Below, one piece after another: positions 19,145 to 28,672 of a stretch of 64,000 bases of DNA. The notes beneath the pieces are model-generated. The model worked only from the letters and a program-made list of their open reading frames with translations. It did not search any database and was not told where the DNA came from. The stretch lies in assembly GCA_039818745.1 (NCBI GenBank), contig JBCBTI010000001.1, positions 66,257-130,256 of the forward strand. The letters are read 5' to 3'. This DNA is from Cyanobacteria bacterium J06638_7. Its GTDB lineage: Bacteria; Cyanobacteriota; Cyanobacteriia; PCC-6307; Cyanobiaceae. Both the position numbers and the translations under genes were made by a program. Every line of letters begins with the position of its first letter. Positions within the stretch are counted from its first letter, which is position 1.

Positions 19145-20752
19145 TCAGCCCATGGCGGTGAACCGCCCGGCGGCCATGGCCACGTCGTTGGCCAGCTGGA
19201 TCGAGAGGGCGTTCGTGCTGGCTTCATAGAAATCGATCGCCACCCGCGGCCAGAAGCCGATCACCAGGGTGGGCACGAGCAGGGTGAGGCCGATCACCAG
19301 CTCGCGGGGGTTCATGTCACCCACCACCGCCAGGGCCGGGATGCGGGGGCCGAAGAACACCCGACGGCAGAGGCTGAGCAGATAGACGGGGGTGAGCACC
19401 AGGCCGATGGCGGCCAGCACGATCGTGATCACCCGGAAGCCGGTGGTGAAGCCATCGTTGGCCGTGACCCCCAGAAACACCGTGATCTCGCTCACGAAGC
19501 CGCTCATGCCGGGCAGGGCCAGGGAGGCCAGGCAGCTGGCCAGGAAGAAGGCGAAGGTGATCGGCAGGGCCTTGGCCAGGCCGCCCATGTTGGGAATCGA
19601 GAGGGTTCCGGTGCGTTCGTAGAACACCCCCGTCACGAAGAACATGGCCGCGGCGATCAGGCCATGGCTGATCATCTGCAGCATCGCCCCGCTCATGCCC
19701 AGGGCATCGATGGCGCCGATGCCGAGCAGCACGAAGCCCATGTGGCTCACTGAGCTGCAGGCGATCCGCCGCTTGACGTTGTCCTGGGCGAAGGCGTTGA
19801 GGGCGCCGTAGATGATGTTGACGATGCCGAGAACGATCAGGGCCGGCGCCAGGATCAGGTGCACCTCCGGCAGCATCTGCACGTTGAAGCGCAGCAGGGC
19901 GTAGCCGCCCATCTTCAGCAGTACACCCGCCAGCAGCATCGACACCGGCGCGTTGGCCTCGCCGTGGGCGTCCGGCAGCCAGGTGTGCAGGGGGAACATC
20001 GGCAGTTTCACCCCGAAGCCCACCAGGAACCCCAGGTAACACAGCAGGCCAACGGTGCCGCCGGGGTTGCGGGTCGCCAGCTCGCCGAGGTTGAAGCTGA
20101 AGGGGCCGCTGAAGGCCAGGGCCAGGCCGCTCACCAGGATCAGCAGGGAGGCGGTGGCGGTGTAGAGGATGAACTTGGTGGCCGCGTACTGGCGCTGCTT
20201 GCCGCCCCAGATGGCGATCAGCAGGTACACCGGCACCAGCTCCAGCTCCCAGGCCAGGAAGAACAGCAGGAAGTCCTGGGAGAGGAACACCAGGCCCTGG
20301 GCTGAAGCCTGCACCAGAATCAGGGCGAAGTAGAGCCGTGTCTTGCTCTTCACCGACCAGCTGGCGGCCACCGACAGCAGGGTCACCAGGCCGGAGAGCA
20401 CCACCAGCGGGGCTGAGAGGCCATCGGCTCCCAGGGACCACTCCAGCCCCAGCACCGGCACCCACTCCACCCGCTCCACCAGCTGCAGGCTGCTGAGGGA
20501 ACCGTCGAACTGGCGGCTGAAGCAGAGCAGCATCAGCAGCAGGTCCACTCCCAGAGCCCCCAGGGCGAGGCTGCGGGGCAGGCGCGGGTCGCTGCCGTCG
20601 CCGGGCAGCAGGGGCATGAGCAGGGCCACTGTCGCCGGCAGCAGCACGATCAGGCTGAGCCAGGGGAAGGCCGCTGCTGTGTCCGCTGACTGCGGCTGGA
20701 GCGCCGTGGCGGCGGCTGTGGACGCGGCCAGAAGAGCCAGATTGGCGTCCAT
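19145..20752 (-). CDS. ndhD: NAD(P)H-quinone oxidoreductase subunit 4 (NDH-1 subunit D)
   Basis: 535 aa polytopic membrane protein. [12 protein letters not shown]-terminus, [28 protein letters not shown] and LAYSSVSHMG-like ([15 protein letters not shown]) motifs of the NuoM/NdhD family. Confidence 0.92.
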   Translation of the reverse strand: MDANLALLAASTAAATALQPQSADTAAAFPWLSLIVLLPATVALLMPLLPGDGSDPRLPRSLALGALGVDLLLMLLCFSRQFDGSLSSLQLVERVEWVPVLGLEWSLGADGLSAPLVVLSGLVTLLSVAASWSVKSKTRLYFALILVQASAQGLVFLSQDFLLFFLAWELELVPVYLLIAIWGGKQRQYAATKFILYTATASLLILVSGLALAFSGPFSFNLGELATRNPGGTVGLLCYLGFLVGFGVKLPMFPLHTWLPDAHGEANAPVSMLLAGVLLKMGGYALLRFNVQMLPEVHLILAPALIVLGIVNIIYGALNAFAQDNVKRRIACSSVSHMGFVLLGIGAIDALGMSGAMLQMISHGLIAAAMFFVTGVFYERTGTLSIPNMGGLAKALPITFAFFLASCLASLALPGMSGFVSEITVFLGVTANDGFTTGFRVITIVLAAIGLVLTPVYLLSLCRRVFFGPRIPALAVVGDMNPRELVIGLTLLVPTLVIGFWPRVAIDFYEASTNALSIQLANDVAMAAGRFTAMG

Positions 20753-20800
20753 GCCATGCGCCTCAAAATCGCCCCGACCTTATCAGCTGCCCCCCGGTTG

Positions 20801-20818
20801 CTGAGTAGATCTACTCAG
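20801..20818. repeat. perfect 18-bp palindrome CTGAGTAGATCTACTCAG
   Basis: Read directly; it is self-complementary over 18 nt. It overlaps the thrB stop codon and sits about 50-65 nt upstream of the ndhD ATG on the minus strand. Confidence 0.6.
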
Positions 20819-21765
20819 GTGAGTTCGGGCAGCGGCGACCACTGGCTGCCGCTCTGCTGCACCCCCAGCACCTCGCCACGGGCCTCCACCCCTGCCCGGT
20901 GCCAGGCCACCAGCATCTCCCGACGCACCCCATCGGCCGCCTCGGGGCGGCAGAGAGCCAGCAGGCTGGGCCCGGCGCCGCTGATCACGCACCCCCAGGC
21001 TCCGGCCTCCAGGGCGGCCTCGCGCACCTTCAGCCCGCCGGCGATCAGCCCCCAGCGGTAGGGCTCGTGCAGGCGGTCGTGCATGCCGTCGGTGATCAGG
21101 TCGCCGTTGCCGGTGCGCAGCCCCTGCAGCAGCAGGGTGAGGGCTCCGAGATTGACCACAGCGTCGGCCACCGGGATGGACTTGGGCATGGCCCGCCGCG
21201 CTTCGCTGGTGGGGAGCCGGATGGCCGGGATCGCCACCACCGCCACCACCTGGGGCGACCATTCACAGCGCACCACCCGCCAGCGGTGGGAGGCGGCCCG
21301 GGCCGTCATGCACAGTCCCCCCACCAGGGAGGGCACGACGTTGTCGGGGTGGCCCTCGAGGTCGATCGCCAGTTCCAGCAGCTTCTCCTTGCTGAGGGCC
21401 TCACCCACAAGGGCATTGGCCCCCATCAGGCCGGCGACGATGGCAGTGGCGCTGCTGCCCAGGCCCCGGGCGGGGGGAACGGCCAGCCGCACCCGCGCCT
21501 CCAGGCCCACCGGTTCCTCGCCGGCCTCCCTCCACACCCGCTGGGCCGAGCGGTACACGAGGTTGTCCGGTCCGCCGCGCAGGTGGGCCCCGTCGCGGCC
21601 CTCGATGATCAGGTCGAAGCGCTGGCTGCCCCCCTCGATGCAGCGCAGCTCGAACACGTTGTCGAGCTCCAGCGCGGCGCCGAGGCAGTCGAATCCGGGT
21701 CCCACATTGGCGGTGGTGGCCGGAACGTGAATGACGACCCCTTGGCCGACCCGGGGGCGCACCAT
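20815..21765 (-). CDS. thrB: homoserine kinase
   Basis: 316 aa. VPATTANVGPGFDCLG and the GHMP kinase motif PPARGLGSSATA. Confidence 0.93.
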   Translation of the reverse strand: MVRPRVGQGVVIHVPATTANVGPGFDCLGAALELDNVFELRCIEGGSQRFDLIIEGRDGAHLRGGPDNLVYRSAQRVWREAGEEPVGLEARVRLAVPPARGLGSSATAIVAGLMGANALVGEALSKEKLLELAIDLEGHPDNVVPSLVGGLCMTARAASHRWRVVRCEWSPQVVAVVAIPAIRLPTSEARRAMPKSIPVADAVVNLGALTLLLQGLRTGNGDLITDGMHDRLHEPYRWGLIAGGLKVREAALEAGAWGCVISGAGPSLLALCRPEAADGVRREMLVAWHRAGVEARGEVLGVQQSGSQWSPLPELT

Positions 21766-21792
21766 GGCACAGGCTCTGCTGGGGCCAGTGTC

Positions 21793-22803
21793 TCAGCCCG
21801 CCTGGCCCAGCAGCATCCGTGCCCGGCAGGCGGCGCTGAATTCGCCGATGGCCGGGTCCACCACCGCCGTGATCGGCAGCGGCTCGAGCACTTCCCCCAG
21901 GCGGCCCTTGGCGAGGAAGGAGCGCCGGAAGATGGGACTGCGCAACTCCATCAGCAGCTTGCCGGCGGTGCCCCCCGCCAGCCAGATGCCGCCGCGGCAG
22001 AGGCCGGTGAGGGCCAGGTCACCGGTGACACTGCCGTAGGCCCCGAGCCAGAGGTCGAGGGCCTCGCGGGCCAGGGGATCGCCCAGGGCCGCTGCATTGG
22101 TGACGGCGGCTGGCAGGTCGCCGTTGCACTGCTGCAGGGGGTGCTCCTCACCGGGATGGAGCGCGCTGAGCAGCCAGCGGGCCACGTGGCCCAGGCCGGT
22201 GCCGCTCACCACCCGCTCCACCGACACCCTGGGAATCGCCAGGTCTGCCGCCAGCCATTGCTTGAGTTGCCATTCGGCCTCGTTGCGGGGGGCGAACTCG
22301 GCGTGGGCGGCCTCACTGGCCACGGCCGTCAGCCCGGCTGGTCCAGGTACGCCGAAGGCCACCCCCAGGCCGGTGCCGGCGCCGAGGATCAGCACCGGCT
22401 CGCCCTCGCAGGGCGTGCCCTGGCGGATCGAGGCCTGCTGGCCCGAGCCGAGCTGGTGCAGGCCGTACACCAGCACGGCGAAGTCGTTCACCAGCTCCAG
22501 CGGCGCAATCCCTGTGGCCTCCCGCAGCTGCCGTTCCTCCAGCAGCCAGGGGAGGTTGGTGAGGCGGGCCGTGCCCTGCTGCACCGGTCCGGCCACAGCG
22601 AAACAGGCGGTGGCGGGCAGCTCATCGGAGCTGGCGACCTCACGGGCCTCCTCCAGGAACGCCAGCACCATCGGTGCCAGGTCGGGCCAGTCCTCGGAGC
22701 TGTAGCGGCGGGTGAACAGGGGCTCGAGCTGGTCGCCGCCGCTGCGGTAAAGGGCCAGCAGAGTCTTGGTTCCGCCGATGTCGCCCGCCAGCACACTGCT
22801 CAT
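21793..22803 (-). CDS. glk: glucokinase
   Basis: 336 aa. LAGDIGGTKTLLAL N-terminal ATP motif, ILGAGTGLG and WLAGGTAGKL, typical of the Glk family (non-ROK). Confidence 0.9.
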   Translation of the reverse strand: MSSVLAGDIGGTKTLLALYRSGGDQLEPLFTRRYSSEDWPDLAPMVLAFLEEAREVASSDELPATACFAVAGPVQQGTARLTNLPWLLEERQLREATGIAPLELVNDFAVLVYGLHQLGSGQQASIRQGTPCEGEPVLILGAGTGLGVAFGVPGPAGLTAVASEAAHAEFAPRNEAEWQLKQWLAADLAIPRVSVERVVSGTGLGHVARWLLSALHPGEEHPLQQCNGDLPAAVTNAAALGDPLAREALDLWLGAYGSVTGDLALTGLCRGGIWLAGGTAGKLLMELRSPIFRRSFLAKGRLGEVLEPLPITAVVDPAIGEFSAACRARMLLGQAG

Positions 22804-24644
22804 GACTGGCCCGCTGGTCCGCTGGCCAGATCCAGTGCCGCGGCCCGCTGGCGGTTGGCCTGGACCCCGGCCGCCAGCAAGTCGGCCACCGGCACGCTGC
22901 CCAGATCGCCGTCGCGGCGGCTGCGCAGGCTCACGCTTGCACCGTCGGCCTCCCGGGCGCCGATCACCCCCAGCACGGGGATCTTCATCTGCTCACCGCT
23001 GCGGATCAGCTTGCCGAGGCGATCGCCGCTGCCGTCCAGGCGGGCTCGGATGCCCGCCGCCGTGAGCTGGCTGCAGAGGTCTCGGGCGAAGGGACGCACC
23101 TCGTCGGTGACCGGCAGCAAGCGCACCTGCTCCGGCGCCAGCCAGAAGGGGAAATCGCCCGCGTAGTTCTCGGTCATGATCCCGAAGAACCGCTCCAGCG
23201 AGCCGAAGATGGCCCGGTGGATCATGATCGGGCGCTGGCGCGAGCCTTCAGCGGCCACGTATTCCAGCTGGAAGCGTTCCGGCAGGTTGAAGTCGAGCTG
23301 GATCGTGGAGCACTGCCACAGGCGGCCGATGGCATCCTCGATCTTGAGGTCGATCTTGGGTCCGTAGAAGGCGCCGCCGCCGTCGTCCAGCGTGTAGGCC
23401 CAGCCCTTGCGGTTCAGGGCCTCCACCAGAGCGGCGGTGGCCAGCTCCCACACGCTGTCGGGGCCGATCGACTTCTCGGGCCGGGTCGAGAGGTTGATCG
23501 CGTAACTGCGGAAGTCGAAGGCCGAAAGGATCTCCTCGGTGAGATCGAGAATGCGCAGGATCTCGTCGCTGATCTGCTCGGGCAGGCAGAACACGTGGGC
23601 GTCGTCCTGGGTGAAACCGCGCACCCGCATCAGCCCGTGCATCACCCCCGGTCGCTCGTAGCGGTACACGGTGCCCAGCTCCGCCCAGCGGATCGGCAGC
23701 TCCCGGTAGGAGCGCAGCCGGCTGGCGTAGGTGAGCACATGGAAGGGACAGTTCATCGGCTTGAGCTGGAACTGGCGCTCGTCCACCTGCATGGGGCCGA
23801 ACATGCTCTCGCTGTAGAAGTCGAGGTGGCCGGAGGTTTTCCACAGCTCCAGGTCGGCCACATGCGGGGTGTAAAGGAGCTCGTAGCCGGCGGCGAAGTG
23901 GGCCTGGCGCCAGAAGTCCTCGATCAGCAGGCGCATGCGGGCGCCGCGGGGATGCCAGAACACCAGTCCGGCTCCCGCCTCGTCTTCGATCGAGAACAGA
24001 TCCAGGTCGGTGCCCAGGCGCCGGTGGTCGCGCCGCCGCGCCTCCTCCTGGCGGCGCTTGTATTCCTGCAGCTGTTCGGCCGTTTCCCAGGCCGTGCCGT
24101 AGATGCGCTGGAGCTGGGCGTTGTTCTCATCGCCCCGCCAGTAGGCCCCGGCCACGCTCTCCAGTTCGAAGGCCTGGGGATTGAGTTCACCGGTGTGGTT
24201 CACGTGCGGGCCGGCGCAGAGATCCCACCAGGCATCGCCCAGGGTGTAGAGGGTGATGGGTTCCTTGATGCCCGCCAGGATCTCGAGTTTGTAGGGCTCG
24301 TTCTGGGCCCGGATCCGGGCCTCGGCCTCAGCGCGGCTCACCTCGATGCGCTCCAGGGGCAGCCGCCTGTTGATGATCCGGATCATCTCCTTGCGGATCG
24401 CCTTGAGATCGCTCTCGCTGAAGGGATCGGGACTGTCGAAGTCGTAGTAGAAGCCGCTTTCTGTCCAGGGGCCGATGGTCACCTGGGCGGCGGGGAAGAG
24501 GTTCTGCACCGCCATGGCCATCACGTGGCTCATCGAGTGGCGGATGCGCAGCAGCTGCTCGTTCTCGCTGGTTCGGGGCAGGGGGATGGCGCTGCTGGCG
24601 GCCGTAGCGGAGCTGGTCGTGGTCGCGGGTGCGGGCACGGGCAA
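22800..24644 (-). CDS. thrS: threonine--tRNA ligase
   Basis: 614 aa. Editing-domain RHSMSHVMAMAV, class II motifs (FRSYRELPIRWAELG, YRYE, GFTQDDAHVF) and a C-terminal anticodon-binding domain. TTG start at 24644; the true start is uncertain within a low-complexity N-terminus. Confidence 0.93.
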   Translation of the reverse strand: MPVPAPATTTSSATAASSAIPLPRTSENEQLLRIRHSMSHVMAMAVQNLFPAAQVTIGPWTESGFYYDFDSPDPFSESDLKAIRKEMIRIINRRLPLERIEVSRAEAEARIRAQNEPYKLEILAGIKEPITLYTLGDAWWDLCAGPHVNHTGELNPQAFELESVAGAYWRGDENNAQLQRIYGTAWETAEQLQEYKRRQEEARRRDHRRLGTDLDLFSIEDEAGAGLVFWHPRGARMRLLIEDFWRQAHFAAGYELLYTPHVADLELWKTSGHLDFYSESMFGPMQVDERQFQLKPMNCPFHVLTYASRLRSYRELPIRWAELGTVYRYERPGVMHGLMRVRGFTQDDAHVFCLPEQISDEILRILDLTEEILSAFDFRSYAINLSTRPEKSIGPDSVWELATAALVEALNRKGWAYTLDDGGGAFYGPKIDLKIEDAIGRLWQCSTIQLDFNLPERFQLEYVAAEGSRQRPIMIHRAIFGSLERFFGIMTENYAGDFPFWLAPEQVRLLPVTDEVRPFARDLCSQLTAAGIRARLDGSGDRLGKLIRSGEQMKIPVLGVIGAREADGASVSLRSRRDGDLGSVPVADLLAAGVQANRQRAAALDLASGPAGQS

Positions 24645-24694
24645 GCGGCGCTGGGGCGAAGGCCGATCCTACGCAGCACTTCTAGGCTCGGGGC

Positions 24695-25003
24695 ATGAGC
24701 GCTGAACGGTCCCCGCTGGAGCCTGCAGTGGCCATGCTGGAGCCCCTGCCGGACGCGCTGCTCGATGACTTCCGCTCCTGGTGCGAGCTCGGTGCGCTGC
24801 TGCTGGATCTCTTGACCGATGCCGTGATGCCGCCTCCCGAGCGCCAGACCCTGAGGGCCGAACGGCAGCAGACCAGCCATGCCCAGGTGCCCTGGCACCG
24901 GTTGGTGATGGAGTCGTGGTGCCGGTCGGCCCGTCTGCGCCCCAGCGGTGTGGCTCTGCCGCGGCCGGACTGGCGCCAGTCCCGGCCCTTGCCGGAGTGC
25001 TGA
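24695..25003 (+). CDS. hypothetical protein
   Basis: 102 aa with an ATG start. Third-codon positions are strongly G/C in this frame. It ends 4 nt before the TM2-domain gene, so probably the same operon. No motif recognised. Confidence 0.5.
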   Translation: MSAERSPLEPAVAMLEPLPDALLDDFRSWCELGALLLDLLTDAVMPPPERQTLRAERQQTSHAQVPWHRLVMESWCRSARLRPSGVALPRPDWRQSRPLPEC

Positions 25004-25007
25004 GGCG

Positions 25008-25451
25008 ATGGTGAACTCTCCGCTCAGCCGCGGCGAGCGCCGCACGCTCGGCCTCTCCTACGTGCTCTGGGCTCTGGGCCTGGTGGGCGTGTGCGGCCTG
25101 CAGCGCTTCTACAACCGCAAGCCCTACAGCGGCACCCTCTACCTGCTCACCTTCGGACTCTGTGGCCTGGGCCAGCTGGTGGACCTGTGGCTGATGCCCG
25201 AGCTGGTGGAGCAGGCCAATGGGCTGCCGCTGGCAGGCGCTGAGCCCCTGTCGCTGGAACGTCAGTTGCTGGAGCTGGCGCGCCGCAGCGGCGAGGGGGG
25301 CTTCACCCTCAACGACGCCCTGCTGGCGCTGGAGCTCGGCAGTGGTGTCGGCAGTGAGGCGGTGCGGGCGGAGATCCAGCACCTGCTGGAGGGCCACCTG
25401 CTGGACGTGGGCAACGACAGCAGTGGCCGGGTGGTGTACCGGGAGCCCTGA
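25008..25451 (+). CDS. TM2 domain-containing membrane protein
   Basis: Internal ATG 25008 gives 147 aa. YVLWALGLVGVCGLQRFYNRKPYSGTLYLLTFGLCGLGQLVDLW matches the TM2 two-helix motif. A soluble C-terminal domain follows. Confidence 0.7.
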   Translation: MVNSPLSRGERRTLGLSYVLWALGLVGVCGLQRFYNRKPYSGTLYLLTFGLCGLGQLVDLWLMPELVEQANGLPLAGAEPLSLERQLLELARRSGEGGFTLNDALLALELGSGVGSEAVRAEIQHLLEGHLLDVGNDSSGRVVYREP

Positions 25452-25463
25452 GCGGGGCAGGCT

Positions 25464-26195
25464 TCAGCTGGAACTCTGATGCCGTGCCAGAGCGGAGCTG
25501 TAGAAGGCCACCAGCTCCTGGCGGCTCTTGGACGGCTGTCCGTAGTAGCTGCCGCCGTGGTGGGCCGGCAGGGAGGCCCATTCCGGAGCCAGGCGGGCCA
25601 TCACCTCCGCGGTCAGCCCCGTCCGGTCGAACAGGTTCAGGGCGCCTCGGCGCTCGATCAGATGCAGGGCGGCCTGGTCCTGGTTGTGGGGCTCGAAGCT
25701 GCTCAGCCCCAGCTGCTGGGACACCGCCTCCCAGGTGGAGGGCAGGAACTGGTAAGCGCCGGCGGCGGCACTGCTGTACAGGCGCTGCACGGTGATGTCC
25801 GGGTGGCGCTCCAGCCCGTCGAACAGGTCACCGCCGTAAAGCACCCGGTAGCCCTCGGCACTGCCGTTCTTCCAGGTGCCCTCGGCGTAGCGCAGGGTGT
25901 CGAGCAGAGCACGGCGCTGCGGGGTGAGGGCATAGGGAGCCGGGTCCGCCGGGCGCACGGCGACCTGTGCTGCGGGCCGCGGCAGGTCCGGCAGGGGGGT
26001 GGGGCTGGAGACGGCGGTGGCGGGTCTGGGAATGGGCAGCACGGTGGCCAGGGCCAGGGCGGCAACCGCGGAGGAGAACAGGCGAGGGCGGGACAGGGGT
26101 GCGCAACATGGGACCGCCTGACCCTGCTGGTCTGAGCCGGGCTGCCGCCAGAGGGGCGGCGGCGTGGTTGACAGGCGCCCCGCACTATGTTGCAA
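25464..26195 (-). CDS. lysozyme-like glycoside hydrolase (lambda-lysozyme/GH104-like), exported
   Basis: C-terminal domain YAEGTWKNG...YRVLYGG...AAGAYQFLPSTWE...QDQAALHLI resembles phage-lambda-type lytic transglycosylases. Pro-rich linker and signal-like segment LFSSAVAALALATVLPIP. The only far-upstream in-frame start is TTG 26195, so the real start is unresolved. Confidence 0.65.
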   Translation of the reverse strand: MQHSAGRLSTTPPPLWRQPGSDQQGQAVPCCAPLSRPRLFSSAVAALALATVLPIPRPATAVSSPTPLPDLPRPAAQVAVRPADPAPYALTPQRRALLDTLRYAEGTWKNGSAEGYRVLYGGDLFDGLERHPDITVQRLYSSAAAGAYQFLPSTWEAVSQQLGLSSFEPHNQDQAALHLIERRGALNLFDRTGLTAEVMARLAPEWASLPAHHGGSYYGQPSKSRQELVAFYSSALARHQSSS

Positions 26196-26375
26196 AAACT
26201 ACACAACACCCTGGGTCTCAGGTGCGACGGCCGTTTCAACCGACCGCGGGCCAGGGGCAGCCTGCCACCCCGCTGCCGGCTGCGGTGGCGTCACCACGGC
26301 CATGGCGGGACCAGCAGCTGCCCGAGGGGAGCTCGGTCGCCGATCAGTGCCGCTGATCAGGGACCGGGCCTGAAA

Positions 26376-27425
26376 TCACAATTGCTTCTCTTCAACTGGC
26401 TTGACGGGAAGGAAACCAAGGGCATCCCGCACCCGCTGCAGGGTGCTGCCGGCCACCGCCTGGGCCCGCTCCCGCCCCTCCTCCAGCACACCCTGCAGGG
26501 TGGCCGGATCGGCGCGCAGGCTGCGGTAGCGCTCCTGAACCGGTCTGAGGGCCTCCACGGCGGCCTCGGCGAGCAGGGGCTTGAAGCGACCCCAGCCCAT
26601 CGCGGCGCATTCGGCCGCCACCGCGGTCCGATCCCGGCCCGAGAGCAGCGCGTAGAGGCCCAGCAGGTTGTCGGCCTCGGGACGATCGGGGTTGCCGAAC
26701 TCCAGCCCCAGGGTGGGATCGGTGCGGGCGCGCTTGATCTTGCGGCTGACCAGCTCTGGAGGATCAAGCAGGGCGATACGCGAGCCCTCGTTGGGGTCGC
26801 TCTTGCTCATCTTGCAGGTGCCGTCGGTGAGGCTCATCACCCGCGCTCCCTCGGCGAGGATCAGCGGCTCGGGCACCTTCAGCACGGGCAGAGGTTCGCC
26901 ATCGCTGCCGCGGACGGCGAAGCGGGCATTGATGCGCTGCTGGGCGATGTCCCGCGCCAGCTCCAGATGCTGTTTCTGGTCCTCCCCCACCGGCACCCGG
27001 TCGGCGTCATAGAGAAGGATGTCGGCGGCCATCAGCACCGGGTAATCCAGCAGCCCCGCGGACACCTGATCGCCCTGCTTGAGAGCTTTCTCCTTGAACT
27101 GGATCATGCGCTCCAGCCAGTTGAGCGGTGTGACGCAATTCAGCAGCCAGCAGAGCTCGCTGTGGGCCGGCACCTGGCTCTGAACGAACACCGTGGAGAG
27201 TGCCGGATCAATGCCGCAGGCCAGGTAGAGAGCGGCGGTGCTGAGGGTGTCTTCGGCCAGCCGCAGGGGATCGTGGGGCACGGTGACCGCATGCAGATCA
27301 ACCACACAGAAGAAGGTGTCGTGGTCCTGCTGCAGCTCCACCCAGTTGCGGATCGCCCCCAGCCAGTTGCCCAGATGCAGGGCGCCGGTGGGCTGAACGC
27401 CGGAGAGAACCCTGGGTCTGGTCAT
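26376..27425 (-). CDS. trpS: tryptophan--tRNA ligase
   Basis: 349 aa. Class I HIGH (TGALHLGNW) and KMSKS (KMSKSD) motifs, with TrpRS-typical length. Confidence 0.95.
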   Translation of the reverse strand: MTRPRVLSGVQPTGALHLGNWLGAIRNWVELQQDHDTFFCVVDLHAVTVPHDPLRLAEDTLSTAALYLACGIDPALSTVFVQSQVPAHSELCWLLNCVTPLNWLERMIQFKEKALKQGDQVSAGLLDYPVLMAADILLYDADRVPVGEDQKQHLELARDIAQQRINARFAVRGSDGEPLPVLKVPEPLILAEGARVMSLTDGTCKMSKSDPNEGSRIALLDPPELVSRKIKRARTDPTLGLEFGNPDRPEADNLLGLYALLSGRDRTAVAAECAAMGWGRFKPLLAEAAVEALRPVQERYRSLRADPATLQGVLEEGRERAQAVAGSTLQRVRDALGFLPVKPVEEKQL

Positions 27426-27431
27426 GGCGAT

Positions 27432-27956
27432 TCAGGCGCCGCCGCTGGTCTCGGCGGGGTCTGCCGGAGTGTCGCTGGCGCCAGCCTCTGCGACGGCGGC
27501 CTCCGCCACGGGCTCTGCTGTCGACACCGGTTCCGCTGCCGGCGGAGGATCCGCGGCAGGCACGGGCGCGGGCTCCGGAGCCGGCCGCGCCGGCCGGGCG
27601 AAGGGATCCACGCGCGGCGGCCGCTCCTGGCGGCCGCTGGCTCTGCCCCCCTGGCGACCTGCTCCCCCATCGCGAGATCCCCGCTCGCCGCGCCGGCCAC
27701 CGTCGCCCTCGCGGGGGGCCGGCTGGCTCTGCTGCTGAGTCACCAGGGCATCAAGCCTGCCCTCCTCCAGCAGCTGGGCGACGGTGCGCACGGCGAACCC
27801 CAGCACGGCCACGGTGGAACGCAGCTTGAAGGCCTCCTGGATGCTGCGGGCGGCGCGCATTTCGTTGTCGCTGAGGCGGATGCGGAAGCCGCCCCCCTCG
27901 CGGTTGCCGCTAGGGCGCCCGGCCTGGGGCGCTGGCGTGCTCGAGTCGTCAACCAT
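27432..27956 (-). CDS. hypothetical protein: small folded N-domain plus RG-rich and Pro/Ala/Glu-rich disordered tail
   Basis: Internal ATG 27956 of track ORF 27432..28262 gives 174 aa: MVDDSS...GGFRIRLSDNEMRAARSIQEAFKLRSTVAVLGFAVRTVAQLLEEG, then GDGGRRGERGSRDGGAGRQGGRASGRQ, then a PAPEPAPVPAADPPPAAEP tail. Codon position 3 is G/C-rich. It ends 6 nt before trpS. Confidence 0.5.
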   Translation of the reverse strand: MVDDSSTPAPQAGRPSGNREGGGFRIRLSDNEMRAARSIQEAFKLRSTVAVLGFAVRTVAQLLEEGRLDALVTQQQSQPAPREGDGGRRGERGSRDGGAGRQGGRASGRQERPPRVDPFARPARPAPEPAPVPAADPPPAAEPVSTAEPVAEAAVAEAGASDTPADPAETSGGA

Positions 27957-27972
27957 GGCGGCAACCGCTGGA

Positions 27973-28512
27973 TCAGGCGCAAGTGTGCCGCATCGTCCTG
28001 TGCTGGCCGGGCAGCCAGTGCAGGTGATGCCTTTGCTGCTCCTCAGGCCGCCTGAGCACCAGCAGCGGCAGGCGGCGACCACCGGGAACGCCCAGGGCCT
28101 CGCGATAATCCCGCAGCAGCTGGAGGTAATCGGCGAAGGTCCAGCCGCAGCCCTGGCGGTCCTGCTGCTGCCAGTGACGGTGCAGGGCCCGCTGGCAGGC
28201 CTGGGCGCCGAACTCCTGCCAGCAGACGACCTGGGCACACCAGGGATCGCTGCCTTGATCAATGAGCTGGCGCCAACGGGTCAGCTCGGGAGCCTCGGCG
28301 CTGGTGTCGGCCGGCACGGCAGCGCCCAGGGTGGCCACGGTCACGGCCCGCAGCCGCAGCCAGCAGCGCTCCAGCAGCACCACGGGCAGGTCGGCCTGCC
28401 AGCCCGGCGCATCCTCCAGCTCGGCCTGCCAGCGGGCCAGCTGCCGCCGTTGCGCCCCCGTGAGGGCTGAGAGCAGCTGGGAGGTGGGTCCGCTGAGAGC
28501 GGGCTCGGCCAT
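27973..28512 (-). CDS. hypothetical protein (Trp/Cys-containing, cyanobacterial-type)
   Basis: 179 aa with ATG confirmed at 28512. It lies 16 nt upstream of the RG-tail protein gene. No motif recognised. Confidence 0.5.
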   Translation of the reverse strand: MAEPALSGPTSQLLSALTGAQRRQLARWQAELEDAPGWQADLPVVLLERCWLRLRAVTVATLGAAVPADTSAEAPELTRWRQLIDQGSDPWCAQVVCWQEFGAQACQRALHRHWQQQDRQGCGWTFADYLQLLRDYREALGVPGGRRLPLLVLRRPEEQQRHHLHWLPGQHRTMRHTCA

Positions 28513-28672
28513 GGCTGGCGCCGATTGGCGGGGGGCTCACAACGAGCAGGGTAACGAGGGCAGGTCGATGGAGTTGGCGCCAGCGGGGCGGCACTTGGGG
28601 CCAGCGGTTGTGCCGTCGCTCTGGGCCAGGGCGGTTCCCCTGAGCTAAAGAAGCTCAGTTCCGGCCACTGCG

